A stretch of DNA of 64,000 bases from contig CAVZIW010000003.1 in the NCBI GenBank assembly GCA_963775465.1, positions 160,001-224,000 on the forward strand, read 5' to 3'. Shown here piece after piece: positions 37,519 to 47,802 of this stretch; position 1 is the stretch's first letter; each line of letters starts with the position of its first letter. The DNA is from Candidatus Bathyarchaeota archaeon (GTDB taxonomy: Archaea > Thermoproteota > Bathyarchaeia > Bathyarchaeales > Bathycorpusculaceae). Made by a program: the position numbers and the translations under genes. Below the pieces are notes generated by a model. The model did not search any database. It was not told where the DNA came from and saw only the letters and a list, made by a program, of their open reading frames with translations.

Positions 37519-37959
37519 GTGCTTACCTTGGAGCCAGAAGAAGAACTAAACGCTACGACCTTTCAAACTTACCTCTACCTGGTCAAGGTTGGTAAACCCG
37601 TCGGACCTAGAGATTTGATGCGTGGTGCCAACCTCAGCAGTCCCAGCGTTGCTTATCGAAACCTCCAAAAACTGATGGATTTAGGTTTAGTTGTCAAAGA
37701 TAACTATGGTGACTATGTCATAAAAGAGAAATTGAGCATGAAAGGTTACGTTTGGTTTGGAAAAAATCTTATTCCCACCTTTGCAATTTTTGGATTCATT
37801 TTTGTTGGTTTTCTAATCGCAGAGATTGCAGTTTTGATTCCCCATTTGATTGTGAGTGCACCTGTTGAGGAGTCTTTTTGGTTCCTAACTGCGATGACTA
37901 TTGCTTGTGCACTTATTTTCTTAATAGAAGGTTTGCGATTTAGAAAAAAAGCTCGTTGA
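37519..37959 (+). CDS. Membrane-anchored winged-helix regulator (wHTH + 2 TM), paralog of 19188..19643
   Basis: PVGPRD...LSSPSVAYRNLQKL...YGDY followed by two TM helices. Confidence 0.78.
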   Translation: MLTLEPEEELNATTFQTYLYLVKVGKPVGPRDLMRGANLSSPSVAYRNLQKLMDLGLVVKDNYGDYVIKEKLSMKGYVWFGKNLIPTFAIFGFIFVGFLIAEIAVLIPHLIVSAPVEESFWFLTAMTIACALIFLIEGLRFRKKAR

Positions 37960-37962
37960 AGG

Positions 37963-39357
37963 CTATTTCCTTCTCAGCTTAAGTTTAATGTTTGCAATGA
38001 AGTGCATGCCAACAATAATGGCAGTTGAAAGCTTGAATCGTCTACTTTTCTCAAGGAAGTATGCTCTCCGTAGATAGTAATGGTGGAATGCACCTTCACG
38101 TAGCTTACCCAGCTCCTTCATGCTTAGATGTGGGGTCTCAAAAATTGGTCTGGTAGTGTCGTAGAGATCAAAGTCGGTTACTCGGAGCCAACCATTCTCT
38201 TTAACTATGTCATACATAGGTGTGCCTGGGAACGGTGTGGCCACATTGTAGAAGCCGACAGCGTCGGGAGCAACTTTCTCAACGAATTTAATGGTGCTCC
38301 AAGCGCTTTCTTTAGTTTCACCTGGAAAGCCAAGAATAACGTTTGGCACAGGTTTCATACCGACTTCTCTTACCCAGCTAAGTACCTTCTCAGTCAAATC
38401 CGGGGTAATACCTTTTTTCATAGCATCTAAAACTTGCTGCGTTCCAGATTCAAGACCGCACCAGAACGAGACACACCCCGCTTCTTTCATTTTCGCTAGC
38501 AACTCTTTGGTAACCATGTCAACGCGGCTTCCGCAATTCCATTCAATCTTTAACCCGCGCTTGAGAATTTCATTGCATAATACTTCGGTTCTTTCTTGGT
38601 CCACAGTGAAAGCATCATCACAGAACGTAAATTTTCTGATACCATACGTTTTATACAAAAACTCTAGCTCGTCAACGACGTTATGTGGGCTTCGCATTCG
38701 ATATTTTCGCCCATGCATCCGCACTGTTGTACAGAACTCACACCAATAAACGCACCCTCTGCTGGCTGCTAAGTAGAGTATGTCTTCAAGTTCACGGAAT
38801 CGTTCCATTGGCCAAAGGTGTCTTGCAGGAAATGGCAAACTATCTAAGTCCTCAATGTAGGGGCGGTCTGGATTCCGCAAGATTTTGCCGTTTGCTCGAA
38901 CTGTTGTACCTATAACATTTAGGTAACTTTTACCGGCTTCAATTCGTTGAACTAGCTCTAAAAGAGTATTTTCTCCTTCTCTCCTCACGACCACGTCAAG
39001 TTCAGGGCATTCTTCAAGTGCATGATCATCCCAAAAAGTAACATGTGGACCACCCGCAACTATTACAGCGTTAGGTAAAGCTTCTTTTGCGATTTTTATA
39101 AGCTTTAAACCGGTTTGATAAGTCAACGTCGACGAAGTGACCCCAACAATGTCTGGTTTGCGCTTGCTTATTTCAGTGCGAAAATCCTCAAATGACAGTT
39201 TCAGTATCTGGCAGTCGATAACGTCAACTTGATAACCGTTTTTCTCTAAGACCGCTGCCAAGTATCCTAAACCAAGAAGTGCAAATGGCATATGCATGGC
39301 GGCGCCAATTGGCGCAGCAGGGTTAACTAGAGTTACGTGAGGTTTCATTGAGTTCAC
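37963..39357 (-). CDS. Cobalamin-dependent (class B) radical SAM protein #6, same subfamily as #1 and #2
   Basis: GGPHVTFWD, SRGCVYWCEFCTTVRM, GLESG and GWLRVTDF..YDT. Confidence 0.92.
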   Translation of the reverse strand: MNSMKPHVTLVNPAAPIGAAMHMPFALLGLGYLAAVLEKNGYQVDVIDCQILKLSFEDFRTEISKRKPDIVGVTSSTLTYQTGLKLIKIAKEALPNAVIVAGGPHVTFWDDHALEECPELDVVVRREGENTLLELVQRIEAGKSYLNVIGTTVRANGKILRNPDRPYIEDLDSLPFPARHLWPMERFRELEDILYLAASRGCVYWCEFCTTVRMHGRKYRMRSPHNVVDELEFLYKTYGIRKFTFCDDAFTVDQERTEVLCNEILKRGLKIEWNCGSRVDMVTKELLAKMKEAGCVSFWCGLESGTQQVLDAMKKGITPDLTEKVLSWVREVGMKPVPNVILGFPGETKESAWSTIKFVEKVAPDAVGFYNVATPFPGTPMYDIVKENGWLRVTDFDLYDTTRPIFETPHLSMKELGKLREGAFHHYYLRRAYFLEKSRRFKLSTAIIVGMHFIANIKLKLRRK

Positions 39358-39565
39358 TGTTAATCTTCACAATGAATATATTTTATGCTTAAACATTTCG
39401 CCTTTAAACCAAAGAAAAAAAGTTTTAAAAAAACGACTTTTTTTAATTCAATAAATTGGATTGTTTATTTTCCGTTAATTTAAAGCGAGCAATTCTTCAA
39501 ATTATATATTAATTCGAAGTCGCAACTTACTGACGAAGCTAAAACCGATCAAGAGGCAAAAAAAC

Positions 39566-40378
39566 TTGCTCCAAGACCAAACACTAAAAGAACAAATCCA
39601 CCAAGCCAACATCGAAGTCCATCGGTCTGAAGCAAAATATTATGAGGCATTACATCCAGAAGTTTACAGCAAAAAAGAACAAAAAAGAATATGGGAAACC
39701 CTTGGTGCCATAGACAAACAAATCACAGGCACCAAGAAAAATGCCTTGGATATTGGGGCAGGAACAGGTAACCTAACTAGCAAGCTTCTGTCGCTAAGGT
39801 ATAAGGTAACAGCAACTGACATTTCACCTGAAATGTGCGAGATTCTACGGAAGAAATATCGCGCTTACATACCTAAACATTTGACGATAGTTAATTCCCC
39901 TATTGAAGAATTAGCTTTTGACGAGGATAAATTCGATTTAATAACTTCCTATTCTGTTCTTCATCATCTTCCTAATTATATTTCGGCTTTAACAACTCTA
40001 GTAGGTTACCTGAAAGACGGAGGAATAATTTACATTGACCATGAAGCTTCCCCCTCGTATTGGAAAGGGGAACCCAGCAGTCTTGCCAGCTTTGTAAAAG
40101 CCATCTATTTCCACTCTAACCCAACAATCAACGCTCTGTACTTCCAAATTATCGGCTTGAAAGTACCCGTAATCGATTACACATTATCAGATTACTGGCA
40201 CAAGAAAGAACACGCTCTAAACCACCAAGAAATTGAACAGGTATTCAAAGAAGCACGGTTCACCTCCTACAAAAGAATGGACCATTACCTCCATGCAACA
40301 TGGCTTCCCAACCCACTTTCAATTGTTTATAGACTTTTATGCAGTCCTGAAATGAGTTACTGGATAGCAAAGAAATAA
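39566..40378 (+). CDS. Class I SAM-dependent methyltransferase
   Basis: ALDIGAGTGN, DISPEM and FDLITSYSVLHHL. Confidence 0.88.
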   Translation: MLQDQTLKEQIHQANIEVHRSEAKYYEALHPEVYSKKEQKRIWETLGAIDKQITGTKKNALDIGAGTGNLTSKLLSLRYKVTATDISPEMCEILRKKYRAYIPKHLTIVNSPIEELAFDEDKFDLITSYSVLHHLPNYISALTTLVGYLKDGGIIYIDHEASPSYWKGEPSSLASFVKAIYFHSNPTINALYFQIIGLKVPVIDYTLSDYWHKKEHALNHQEIEQVFKEARFTSYKRMDHYLHATWLPNPLSIVYRLLCSPEMSYWIAKK

Positions 40379-40612
40379 CTCCTCAAAATCAAAATAGAAG
40401 ATCAGATCATGGAGGGTAAACGTTCAAACAAGGCAAGCCGCCTCTAGCTAAACGTGAGATATTGCAAAAAAACGTTGTGACTTGGATCGCTGACTGCTTT
40501 CCGTTAAAGCTATTAACTTCGCAAAATATCAAAAAAGAACAATCACACTAGAGAGGCAAACAATGCACATCTTCGAAGACAAGATTTCTAACTTTAAGGA
40601 GCAAGATCTAAC

Positions 40613-41989
40613 ATGATTCTTTTGATGACAACTGCTCCGCCTGAAAGTGGCGCATGGTATCTCGGTAAGCGGTTGCCTCCAATCGGCTTAATGTATGTTG
40701 CCGCAGCATTGGAAAAAGCTGGTTTTGAAGTGCAAATGCTCGACAACTACCTTATGAAGAAACCTGTGGAAGAAATTAGGCAATTAATCGTTAAAACTCA
40801 ACCCCAAATTGTAGGCATAACCTGCGGATCCGCTACATATCCAAAATGTATTGAGACTGCCAAAGTCATCAAAGAAGTCAAACCAGACTGTAAAATCGTC
40901 GTCGGTGGATGGCATGCATCATACCTACCCGACAGTCTCCTCGATAACCCTGAAATAGATTATGTGGTATTGGGCGAAGGCGAACGCGCAATTATTGAAC
41001 TCGCAAACGCTATCACCAACGGAACTGAAAAAGAAGCAGAGACTATCGCTGGTGTTGCCTGCAAACGCAACGGATCAAACATCAAAAACCAACCCGTTTT
41101 TATAGAAAACATGGATGAAATCCCCTATCCAGCAAGACATTTATTGCCTCTGGAACTCTACGATAGAACCATAGAGTATCTAGACGTCAAACCAGCAGAT
41201 GTTATGAGCATTAGTCGAGGCTGTGTCTTTAACTGTGGCTTTTGCGAAACGCGAAAACTCTGGGGTAACATGTGTCGAGGCTTTAGCCCGCAGCGGATAG
41301 TTGGTGAAATTAAAGACCTGCAAAGTAGGTATGGCACAAAAGGGATCTATTTCATCAATGACAACTTTACGCTCAGAAAAAAAGAAACGACTGAACTCTG
41401 TAATTTAATGCTTAAAGATAAGTTAAATCTAGAATGGGTATGTGACACACGTGTCGACTTGGTCAACGATGAACTTTTAGCATTAATGAGCAAAGCAGGT
41501 TGCAAGACAATATGGTTTGGTGTGGAGTCAGCTTCTGAGAGCGTTCTGCAACGAATCGGCAGAAACACAAAACTAGAGCAAGTTGAAACAGCCTTTAAGT
41601 TATGCAAGAAAAATCATATAAAAACCGCTTGCAGCTTCATGCTCGGCTTGCCAGGTGAAACTCTCGCGGATATGGAAGCCTCTTTGCAATTCGCCAAAAA
41701 AATCGATCCCGACTGGTGCCAATTCAACACATTCATAGCTTATCCTGATAGTCGTCTCTACAATGAACTGCTGGAGAGCGGAAAGTACGTGAAGCTTGAC
41801 GAGTTCTTGCTCAGCGTTAAGAGTGACGAATACACTTACGAGGATTTGCAGGCTATCCAGCGACGTTTTTTTAAAGAATTCCACATGACACCGAGGCAAA
41901 TTCTCAAACGTGTTCGCCGAGAAGGTGCCTTGAATTTTGCCAAACGAAGACTTTTGGGTGGCACACGTAAGACTTCTGGAATGGCTTGA
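40613..41989 (+). CDS. Cobalamin-dependent (class B) radical SAM protein #7
   Basis: PPIGLMYV, GGWHAS, GEGE, SRGCVFNCGFC, GVES and GLPGET. AAGGAG RBS upstream. Confidence 0.92.
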   Translation: MILLMTTAPPESGAWYLGKRLPPIGLMYVAAALEKAGFEVQMLDNYLMKKPVEEIRQLIVKTQPQIVGITCGSATYPKCIETAKVIKEVKPDCKIVVGGWHASYLPDSLLDNPEIDYVVLGEGERAIIELANAITNGTEKEAETIAGVACKRNGSNIKNQPVFIENMDEIPYPARHLLPLELYDRTIEYLDVKPADVMSISRGCVFNCGFCETRKLWGNMCRGFSPQRIVGEIKDLQSRYGTKGIYFINDNFTLRKKETTELCNLMLKDKLNLEWVCDTRVDLVNDELLALMSKAGCKTIWFGVESASESVLQRIGRNTKLEQVETAFKLCKKNHIKTACSFMLGLPGETLADMEASLQFAKKIDPDWCQFNTFIAYPDSRLYNELLESGKYVKLDEFLLSVKSDEYTYEDLQAIQRRFFKEFHMTPRQILKRVRREGALNFAKRRLLGGTRKTSGMA

Positions 41990-41998
41990 GTGGTTGTT

Positions 41999-43092
41999 TT
42001 GCAGAAACGGAGGCTTGGACGAACAAACCTTGAGGCTTCGTAGGTAGGATTTGGTGGAACATGGATATCCGAACTTCCAATTTCCGGCGCAATTGCAGTA
42101 GGACGCAGGGCTTTTGATTTTGGTATTAGCTATTTTGATACCGCTAAACTCGACGGTGACAGCGAAGAAAAAATAGGTGCTTCCCTTCAAGGCGTTAGAG
42201 ATCAGTGTATTATCGCCACCAAAACAGGCTCAAGAACAAAACAAGGATCAATTGAAGACATTCAAAGCAGTTTAAGACGTCTTAAAACTAATCACTTAGA
42301 TATCATTCAACTCCACGGAATAGACGATGAGACGACTCTCGCCAAAGCCATGGGTCCAAATGGTTCACTTAAAACTTGCAAGAAAGCGCAAAAGCAGGGT
42401 TTGGTTAATTTCATTGGAATAACAGGACATAAACCGCGCATTTTAGTTAAAGCAGTCGAGAGTGGCGAGTTTGACACGGTTTTGGTTCCAATTAATGTTG
42501 TGACTCGACAAGCATTGGAAGAGTTGGTGTCTATTGCCAAGGTGAATGATGTGGGTGTAGTGTTAATGAAGCCATTTTCCGCAAAAACATCGAATTTGAT
42601 AACATGCCTTTACCAACCCTCGCTCTCTTTAATCTCTCAAGAACCCGAACTCAAAGCGCTTTTAGGTGAATCTGCCGATGAGATGGTGCGAAGCGCGTTA
42701 AGGTATGTATTATCAAACGATGTTTCGGTTGTCATTCTAGGTCTAAGCAGTTTGAATGAGGTTGAGGTTACGGCGAATTTTGGAAAAGAATATACCTCAC
42801 TTAGTGTCGAGGAAAACAGCGCTTTTCATTTGACTTGGGCAATTGCTGCCGAGGCTGTGGGCAATGTCTCCCTTGTTCACAAAATGTCAATGTTCCGGCA
42901 ATACTCCGATTTTATAACCTTGACCAAGCATAAGGGTTAAAAGTCTGGGCCAAAAAACTCTACAACGGTCTAAAAGTCAAAGCCGACAAATGTGCAGGAA
43001 ACTGTGACGAATGTGAATCAAGATGCCCTTATCAGTTATCAATTAAAAATAAGTTGCAAAAAGCGCACCAAAACATGAAAACTGAATTTTAA
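41999..43092 (+). pseudogene. Aldo/keto reductase with a C-terminal 4Fe-4S domain, inactivated
   Basis: MQKRRLGRTNLEAS*VGFGG...YFDTA...SEEKIG...ATK...IIQLHG. In-frame TAG at 42041, frameshift near 42813 and TAA at 42931. Tail reads CRGCGQCLPC...CDECESRCP. Confidence 0.9.
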
Positions 43093-43172
43093 AAAACTGG
43101 CGGTGTTTTAGAGTAGATCTGCTTTGACATAAGTTGTTTGCTAAAAAATTTTCTTTGGCGAAAATGAAAGTT

Positions 43173-44291
43173 TTACTCGTTTTCAATTAGTATCTGCTTT
43201 ATTTTTTCGACAAGTTGTTGGTTGTCTTTTTCCGAACGAATTGTGACGCGGAAGTGACTGTTATCCATTCCCATGAAAGTGCAACAATCACGGATTAGGA
43301 TATGATCTTTGGCGAGCAGTTCTTTGAGCATTGTGGAATTGGTTTTATCATTCAGAATTTTGACCAGGATGAAATTGGTTACTGATGGATAGATATATAA
43401 TCCTGGAATTTGGCCTAGTTTTTGGGCGAGGATTTGGCGGTTTTTGGCGATAGTTTGCTTGGTGTTTTCGATGAATTCAATATCATTAATAGCTGCCATG
43501 GTTACTTGGCAAGCTAAGCCGTTGATGCTCCAAGGCAGTCGCTTGTCTTCAAGTTTGGCAACTAAATCTTGTGCTGCCAAAGCGTAACCAAAACGGATAC
43601 CCGCCATACCATAGAATTTAGTAACTGAACGGATAACAAAAAGATTCTCGTAGTCTTCTACCATACCAGCCAGTGTGTCCTCCAAGCTTTTGTTGTCAAA
43701 TTCGATATAATTTTCGTCCACACTAAAGATAATGTCTTTTTTGTTGCAAAATTTAACCAAGTCGAGGAGCTCTTCTTTGCTGTAGAGCTTGCCAGATGGA
43801 CTATGAGGATTGCAGAGACACATAATTTTTGTGTCGTCGGTAACTGCCTCTTTTATTTTGTTTAAATTAAGACTAAAATCCTCTGGCAGCTGAACAAATA
43901 TTGGTACACCATTTACCCGAAGGGTTGCTTTCTCATATTCCGAAAATGAGGGAACAGGAATCACTGCTCCATGCCCACGTGGCAAAATTTCAGTTATCAT
44001 ATATATGAGTTCGATGGATCCATTACCCAGTAGCACGTTTTCTTCTCTAATGCCACAGCCAACATATTTGGCGATTTCAGTTTTGAATTCAACTGGGTTT
44101 GGGTCGGGATAGAATTTTATCAGTTTAGAATTCTGCTTTACGGCTTCTACAGCTTTAGGTGAAGGTCCGAGGAAGTTAATGGGTCCACTGAATTCGAGTA
44201 CTTCTTCAAGGGGTATTTTGTATTTTCTGCTAAATCCCCAGATGTCACCACCGTGGCTGACGAATCTTCGTTTTTTACATGTGCTCGACAA
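43173..44291 (-). CDS. cobD: L-threonine-O-3-phosphate decarboxylase (PLP-dependent, HisC-like)
   Basis: HGGD, FSGPINFLGP, YPDP, GNGSIELI, PSFSEYE, RSVTKFYGMAGIRFGY and LIRDC, in a cobamide gene context. Confidence 0.85.
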   Translation of the reverse strand: MSSTCKKRRFVSHGGDIWGFSRKYKIPLEEVLEFSGPINFLGPSPKAVEAVKQNSKLIKFYPDPNPVEFKTEIAKYVGCGIREENVLLGNGSIELIYMITEILPRGHGAVIPVPSFSEYEKATLRVNGVPIFVQLPEDFSLNLNKIKEAVTDDTKIMCLCNPHSPSGKLYSKEELLDLVKFCNKKDIIFSVDENYIEFDNKSLEDTLAGMVEDYENLFVIRSVTKFYGMAGIRFGYALAAQDLVAKLEDKRLPWSINGLACQVTMAAINDIEFIENTKQTIAKNRQILAQKLGQIPGLYIYPSVTNFILVKILNDKTNSTMLKELLAKDHILIRDCCTFMGMDNSHFRVTIRSEKDNQQLVEKIKQILIENE

Positions 44292-44293
44292 CT

Positions 44294-44827
44294 CTATGTC
44301 TCCATTAATCTTGCAATTTCTTTCTCTACCAGTAAGTGAGCTTTAAAGTGTGCGTTGTATAAGTTCACGACTTTGTATAGCCAGTAAACTGCGCCAACGC
44401 CTAGCGTAATTATTGTTATTGCAGCAAATGTTTTTATCGGTATTGTCTGAGGCATAAACATCCGTTCTGGAAACGCAACTGCGAGAAAGGCATCTTGGTC
44501 GCTTTCATGCAACAGCAAGTCTCTTGATAACCTGTAAAGAATGAAGAAAATGGGTATTACAAAAATTATGCTGGCTGCCCACGCCTCTGGGTTCATTCCC
44601 TTAACTTCTCGGCTTTTAATTGGTGCCTCTCTTCCTTTGCTTTTCAGATAAGTCACAATCTGCGTTTCTAACATAGTTTCCTTTTCGAAATGCCTGTTTC
44701 TGCTCTCAACTAAACGATAAAACATGGGAAAAAAAGCTATGCCGAAAGTTACTACTGCGCCAAGGAACCACATGGAAAACCACACCTTTCTGTCAGGACA
44801 AATTCTATTGTTCATAGCGGTTTCCAT
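44294..44827 (-). CDS. Small membrane protein, DUF4234-like
   Basis: Internally repeated TM-(N..F/H) units: VTFGIAFFPMFY...RNRHF and ITLGVGAVYWLY...YNAHF. Confidence 0.55.
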   Translation of the reverse strand: METAMNNRICPDRKVWFSMWFLGAVVTFGIAFFPMFYRLVESRNRHFEKETMLETQIVTYLKSKGREAPIKSREVKGMNPEAWAASIIFVIPIFFILYRLSRDLLLHESDQDAFLAVAFPERMFMPQTIPIKTFAAITIITLGVGAVYWLYKVVNLYNAHFKAHLLVEKEIARLMET

Positions 44828-44895
44828 GAAAGTTCAAACTTCTTAGCTTTTGTTGCTTACAAAGTTGGGGTAGCCAAACTTTATAAGGGCTTCCA

Positions 44896-45612
44896 TTGGC
44901 AATTAAGAATAAAATGAGCCGATCTTCAATGCTGCTTTCCATCATAATTCCCGTGTTTAACGAGGAATTGACAATAGGCAACATAATTGACCGCACCAAA
45001 ACATCGGCTGATCAGATTGGTGTGCAATATGAAGTTATTGTTGTGGATGACCATTCTTACGACAAGTCGCTTGAAGTTGCCAAGACACGCAATGTTCGGT
45101 TGTTGAGTTTAAAGCAGCATTTAGGGAAAGGCTGCGCTTTGAGAGCTGGGTTTGCCAAAGCTAAAGGGGACATTATTGTTACAATCGATTCTGACGCTTC
45201 CCATCGCCCCGAAGAACTCAGTGAAGTTTTGGAACCTATTCTGGAGGATGAAGCCGACTTAGTTATAGGCTCGCGTTACTTGAACCACAACAGCGTGGCA
45301 GCGAGAAAACTCAACGCATTTGGTGTTCGGATTTTCAATTATCTAATCCAGCTTTTTACAGGTGTTGGTATAACTGATTCCCAGTCCGGTTTCCGAGCAA
45401 TGAAGATTGAAGTATTGAAAAAGCAGAAATTGAAATCAGGCGAATATGAGATAGAATCTGAAATGTTAGTTAAGACTGCCAAACAAGGCTTTCGTGTAAC
45501 AGAAGTGCCGATTAGTTTTGAACAAAGGACTTATGGTAGGTCAGGTGTTGACCCAATGATAGACGGAGCCAAAATATTGCTATCCATAGTCTTTTCATAT
45601 GTGAAGGGGTAA
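44896..45612 (+). CDS. GT2 glycosyltransferase, dolichol-phosphate mannosyltransferase-like
   Basis: IIIPVFNEE, VVDDHS.D, GKGCAL, IDSDASH, IGSR and DSQSGFRA. Confidence 0.9.
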   Translation: MAIKNKMSRSSMLLSIIIPVFNEELTIGNIIDRTKTSADQIGVQYEVIVVDDHSYDKSLEVAKTRNVRLLSLKQHLGKGCALRAGFAKAKGDIIVTIDSDASHRPEELSEVLEPILEDEADLVIGSRYLNHNSVAARKLNAFGVRIFNYLIQLFTGVGITDSQSGFRAMKIEVLKKQKLKSGEYEIESEMLVKTAKQGFRVTEVPISFEQRTYGRSGVDPMIDGAKILLSIVFSYVKG

Positions 45613-45616
45613 ACAA

Positions 45617-46606
45617 ATGGCTGAAACTTCAACACCTAATGTTACAATTATTGTGGCAGCTTACAATAGCCAAGATACTATAGGGGAGTGCCTTAAATCC
45701 ATCTTGGCACAAAACTACCCCGCAAACGCATTAGAAATAATAGTTATGGACGGGGGTAGCAAAGATAACACTGTCAAAATCGCCCAACAGTTTCCAATTA
45801 AAGTGTTTTCAATTCGCCTTAACTGTCCAGCTGCTTACAACTACGCTCACAAAATCGCCAAATACTCGGTTTTAGGATTTATTGACGCTGACGCTAAAGT
45901 TGAAACAGAATGGCTTCAAAAACTTGTCTCTCATTTAAATGAGCAAAATGTGGTAGGTGTTAGCGGGAGTATTGAAACCTGGAACCAAGACAACCCATGG
46001 GCTAGAAGCATCGGATACGAACTAAAAAACCGCTACCACCGTATCGGCAAATACACAGGTCGAATTGCAACCATGAATCTGCTTATGAAAAAGGCTACGA
46101 TTGAAGAAGTAGGCGGATGGGATGAGAAGCTGCCCAGTCAATACGATACTGACCTTGGTTTTCGAATAAGTGCAAGAGGATACAAAATTGCTTATGACCC
46201 CACCGCACTCTGCTATCATTATAATCGTCCAACTTTGAAAGCATTTTATAGGCAACAGTTGCAGTATGGAAAAAACACCTTGAAACTTTATTTTAAACAT
46301 GGACGACTAGCAAGAGGCGACGAGATTACAGATGTAGGAATGAACATTCAGCCAATCCTGATTTTGGCAGCAGTGGTCTCTTTCCTATTGGGTATCCTTC
46401 CCCTGTTAAGGTTGCTCTGGGTTGCCTCTGGATTAATTTTGTTGGCGATGGTGGTTTACTTTATTTTTTCTGCAGCAAAGATCTCGCAAAAGTTTGGAGA
46501 CTGGTCGGCGATGCGTCTTTTTGTGCTTTACTTTGTTCGGTCGGGAGCATGGTTTATCGGCGCAACCATCACAACTTTGCGCTACCTAACTGGGAGTAGC
46601 AAATGA
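45617..46606 (+). CDS. GT2 glycosyltransferase with C-terminal TM helices
   Basis: AAYN, MDGGSKDNT, FIDAD, VGGWDE, DTDL and QQLQYG. Confidence 0.88.
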   Translation: MAETSTPNVTIIVAAYNSQDTIGECLKSILAQNYPANALEIIVMDGGSKDNTVKIAQQFPIKVFSIRLNCPAAYNYAHKIAKYSVLGFIDADAKVETEWLQKLVSHLNEQNVVGVSGSIETWNQDNPWARSIGYELKNRYHRIGKYTGRIATMNLLMKKATIEEVGGWDEKLPSQYDTDLGFRISARGYKIAYDPTALCYHYNRPTLKAFYRQQLQYGKNTLKLYFKHGRLARGDEITDVGMNIQPILILAAVVSFLLGILPLLRLLWVASGLILLAMVVYFIFSAAKISQKFGDWSAMRLFVLYFVRSGAWFIGATITTLRYLTGSSK

Positions 46607-47802
46607 TGTCGCATAAGGTCTGCTTTATATCTCCTGAATACTGGCCCCTAACAGGAGGTACAGGAAGCTATGTCTATTACCTCACAAACGAACTGCTCAA
46701 AAACGGCTACCGAATCTATGTGGTTACAGGATCAAATCAAACACAAGACATACAAGTCAACCCTCAACTTGATGTTTCATTTCTAAAGATTCCTAAAATG
46801 CCCATAGTTAAATCCTTCATGCTTGCAGGGAACAGCAATCGCAAACTTCAAAGTGTACAAAATACTGCTAATGTCGACATTACTCATCCACAACTTCCCC
46901 TTACACCCAACTTCGCAGTGCCACCTAATTTTGGTAAAACTCTTGTTTGCACAGTCCACTCGACATGGAAAGGCGAAGCTAAAGCAATCCAAAGTGAGCC
47001 ATATACCCGCTTAAACCCAAATGAAAAATTCTTGGTTAGTTTCAACTGGTTTTTACGTTTTTTCGAAGAGGGCATGTTGCACCGGGCGAGGAAAATTATT
47101 GCAGTTAGTCACTTTACAAAATGGGAATTGATGAATTACTACAAAATTCCCGAAAGTAAAATCAAAGTTATTCATAATGGCGTGGACATTTTTAAGTTCA
47201 CCCCATCAATTGATAAACGCAAAATCAAGACAGAGCTTGGCTTTAACCCAGACGATCTGACAATCCTCTCTGTAGGTCGGTTATACGCTAGAAAAGGTTT
47301 GTTCACCCTCATTGAAAGCATGCCAGCAATCGTAAAAAGGTTCCCAAATGCGAAATTCATCATATCTGGCAAAGGGCAAAGCGACGAAATGCACAAACTC
47401 ATCACTCATGCGGAACTTCTAGGTGTTAAAAACAATATCATATTCACAGGCTATTACCCCGACAAGAAATTGCCAAAGCTCTATCAAGCCGCCGACATAT
47501 TTGCATTCTCTACATTTTATGAGCACCATCCCTTTGCGGTTTTAGAAGCGCTTTCAACAGGTTTACCAGTTGTAACAACAACTGTGGGCGGTATCCCTGA
47601 AACAATTGAAAACGGAAAAAATGGATTTCTCGTTAAGCCCTTCAATTCAAGTCAATTCGCCGACAGAATTTTATTTCTTCTTGAGCATCCGACGGAAGCA
47701 GCTGAGATGGGCAAAAAAGCCCGGCAGACAGTTGAGCAACAATTGGATTGGCGAATAGTTGTAAAAGATGCAATAAAAGTCTACAATGAAGTTTTAAGTT
47801 AA
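46603..47802 (+). CDS. GT4 (GT-B) glycosyltransferase
   Basis: EYWPLTGG, IHNGVD, VGRL..RKG, YEHHPFAVLEA and VGGIPE. Confidence 0.9.
   Translation: MMSHKVCFISPEYWPLTGGTGSYVYYLTNELLKNGYRIYVVTGSNQTQDIQVNPQLDVSFLKIPKMPIVKSFMLAGNSNRKLQSVQNTANVDITHPQLPLTPNFAVPPNFGKTLVCTVHSTWKGEAKAIQSEPYTRLNPNEKFLVSFNWFLRFFEEGMLHRARKIIAVSHFTKWELMNYYKIPESKIKVIHNGVDIFKFTPSIDKRKIKTELGFNPDDLTILSVGRLYARKGLFTLIESMPAIVKRFPNAKFIISGKGQSDEMHKLITHAELLGVKNNIIFTGYYPDKKLPKLYQAADIFAFSTFYEHHPFAVLEALSTGLPVVTTTVGGIPETIENGKNGFLVKPFNSSQFADRILFLLEHPTEAAEMGKKARQTVEQQLDWRIVVKDAIKVYNEVLS

Noticed and set aside
42041-42043. In-frame TAG as possible pyrrolysine read-through
   Set aside because: The same gene also has a frameshift and an in-frame TAA, no pyl genes are in the window, and TAG is used as a normal stop elsewhere.
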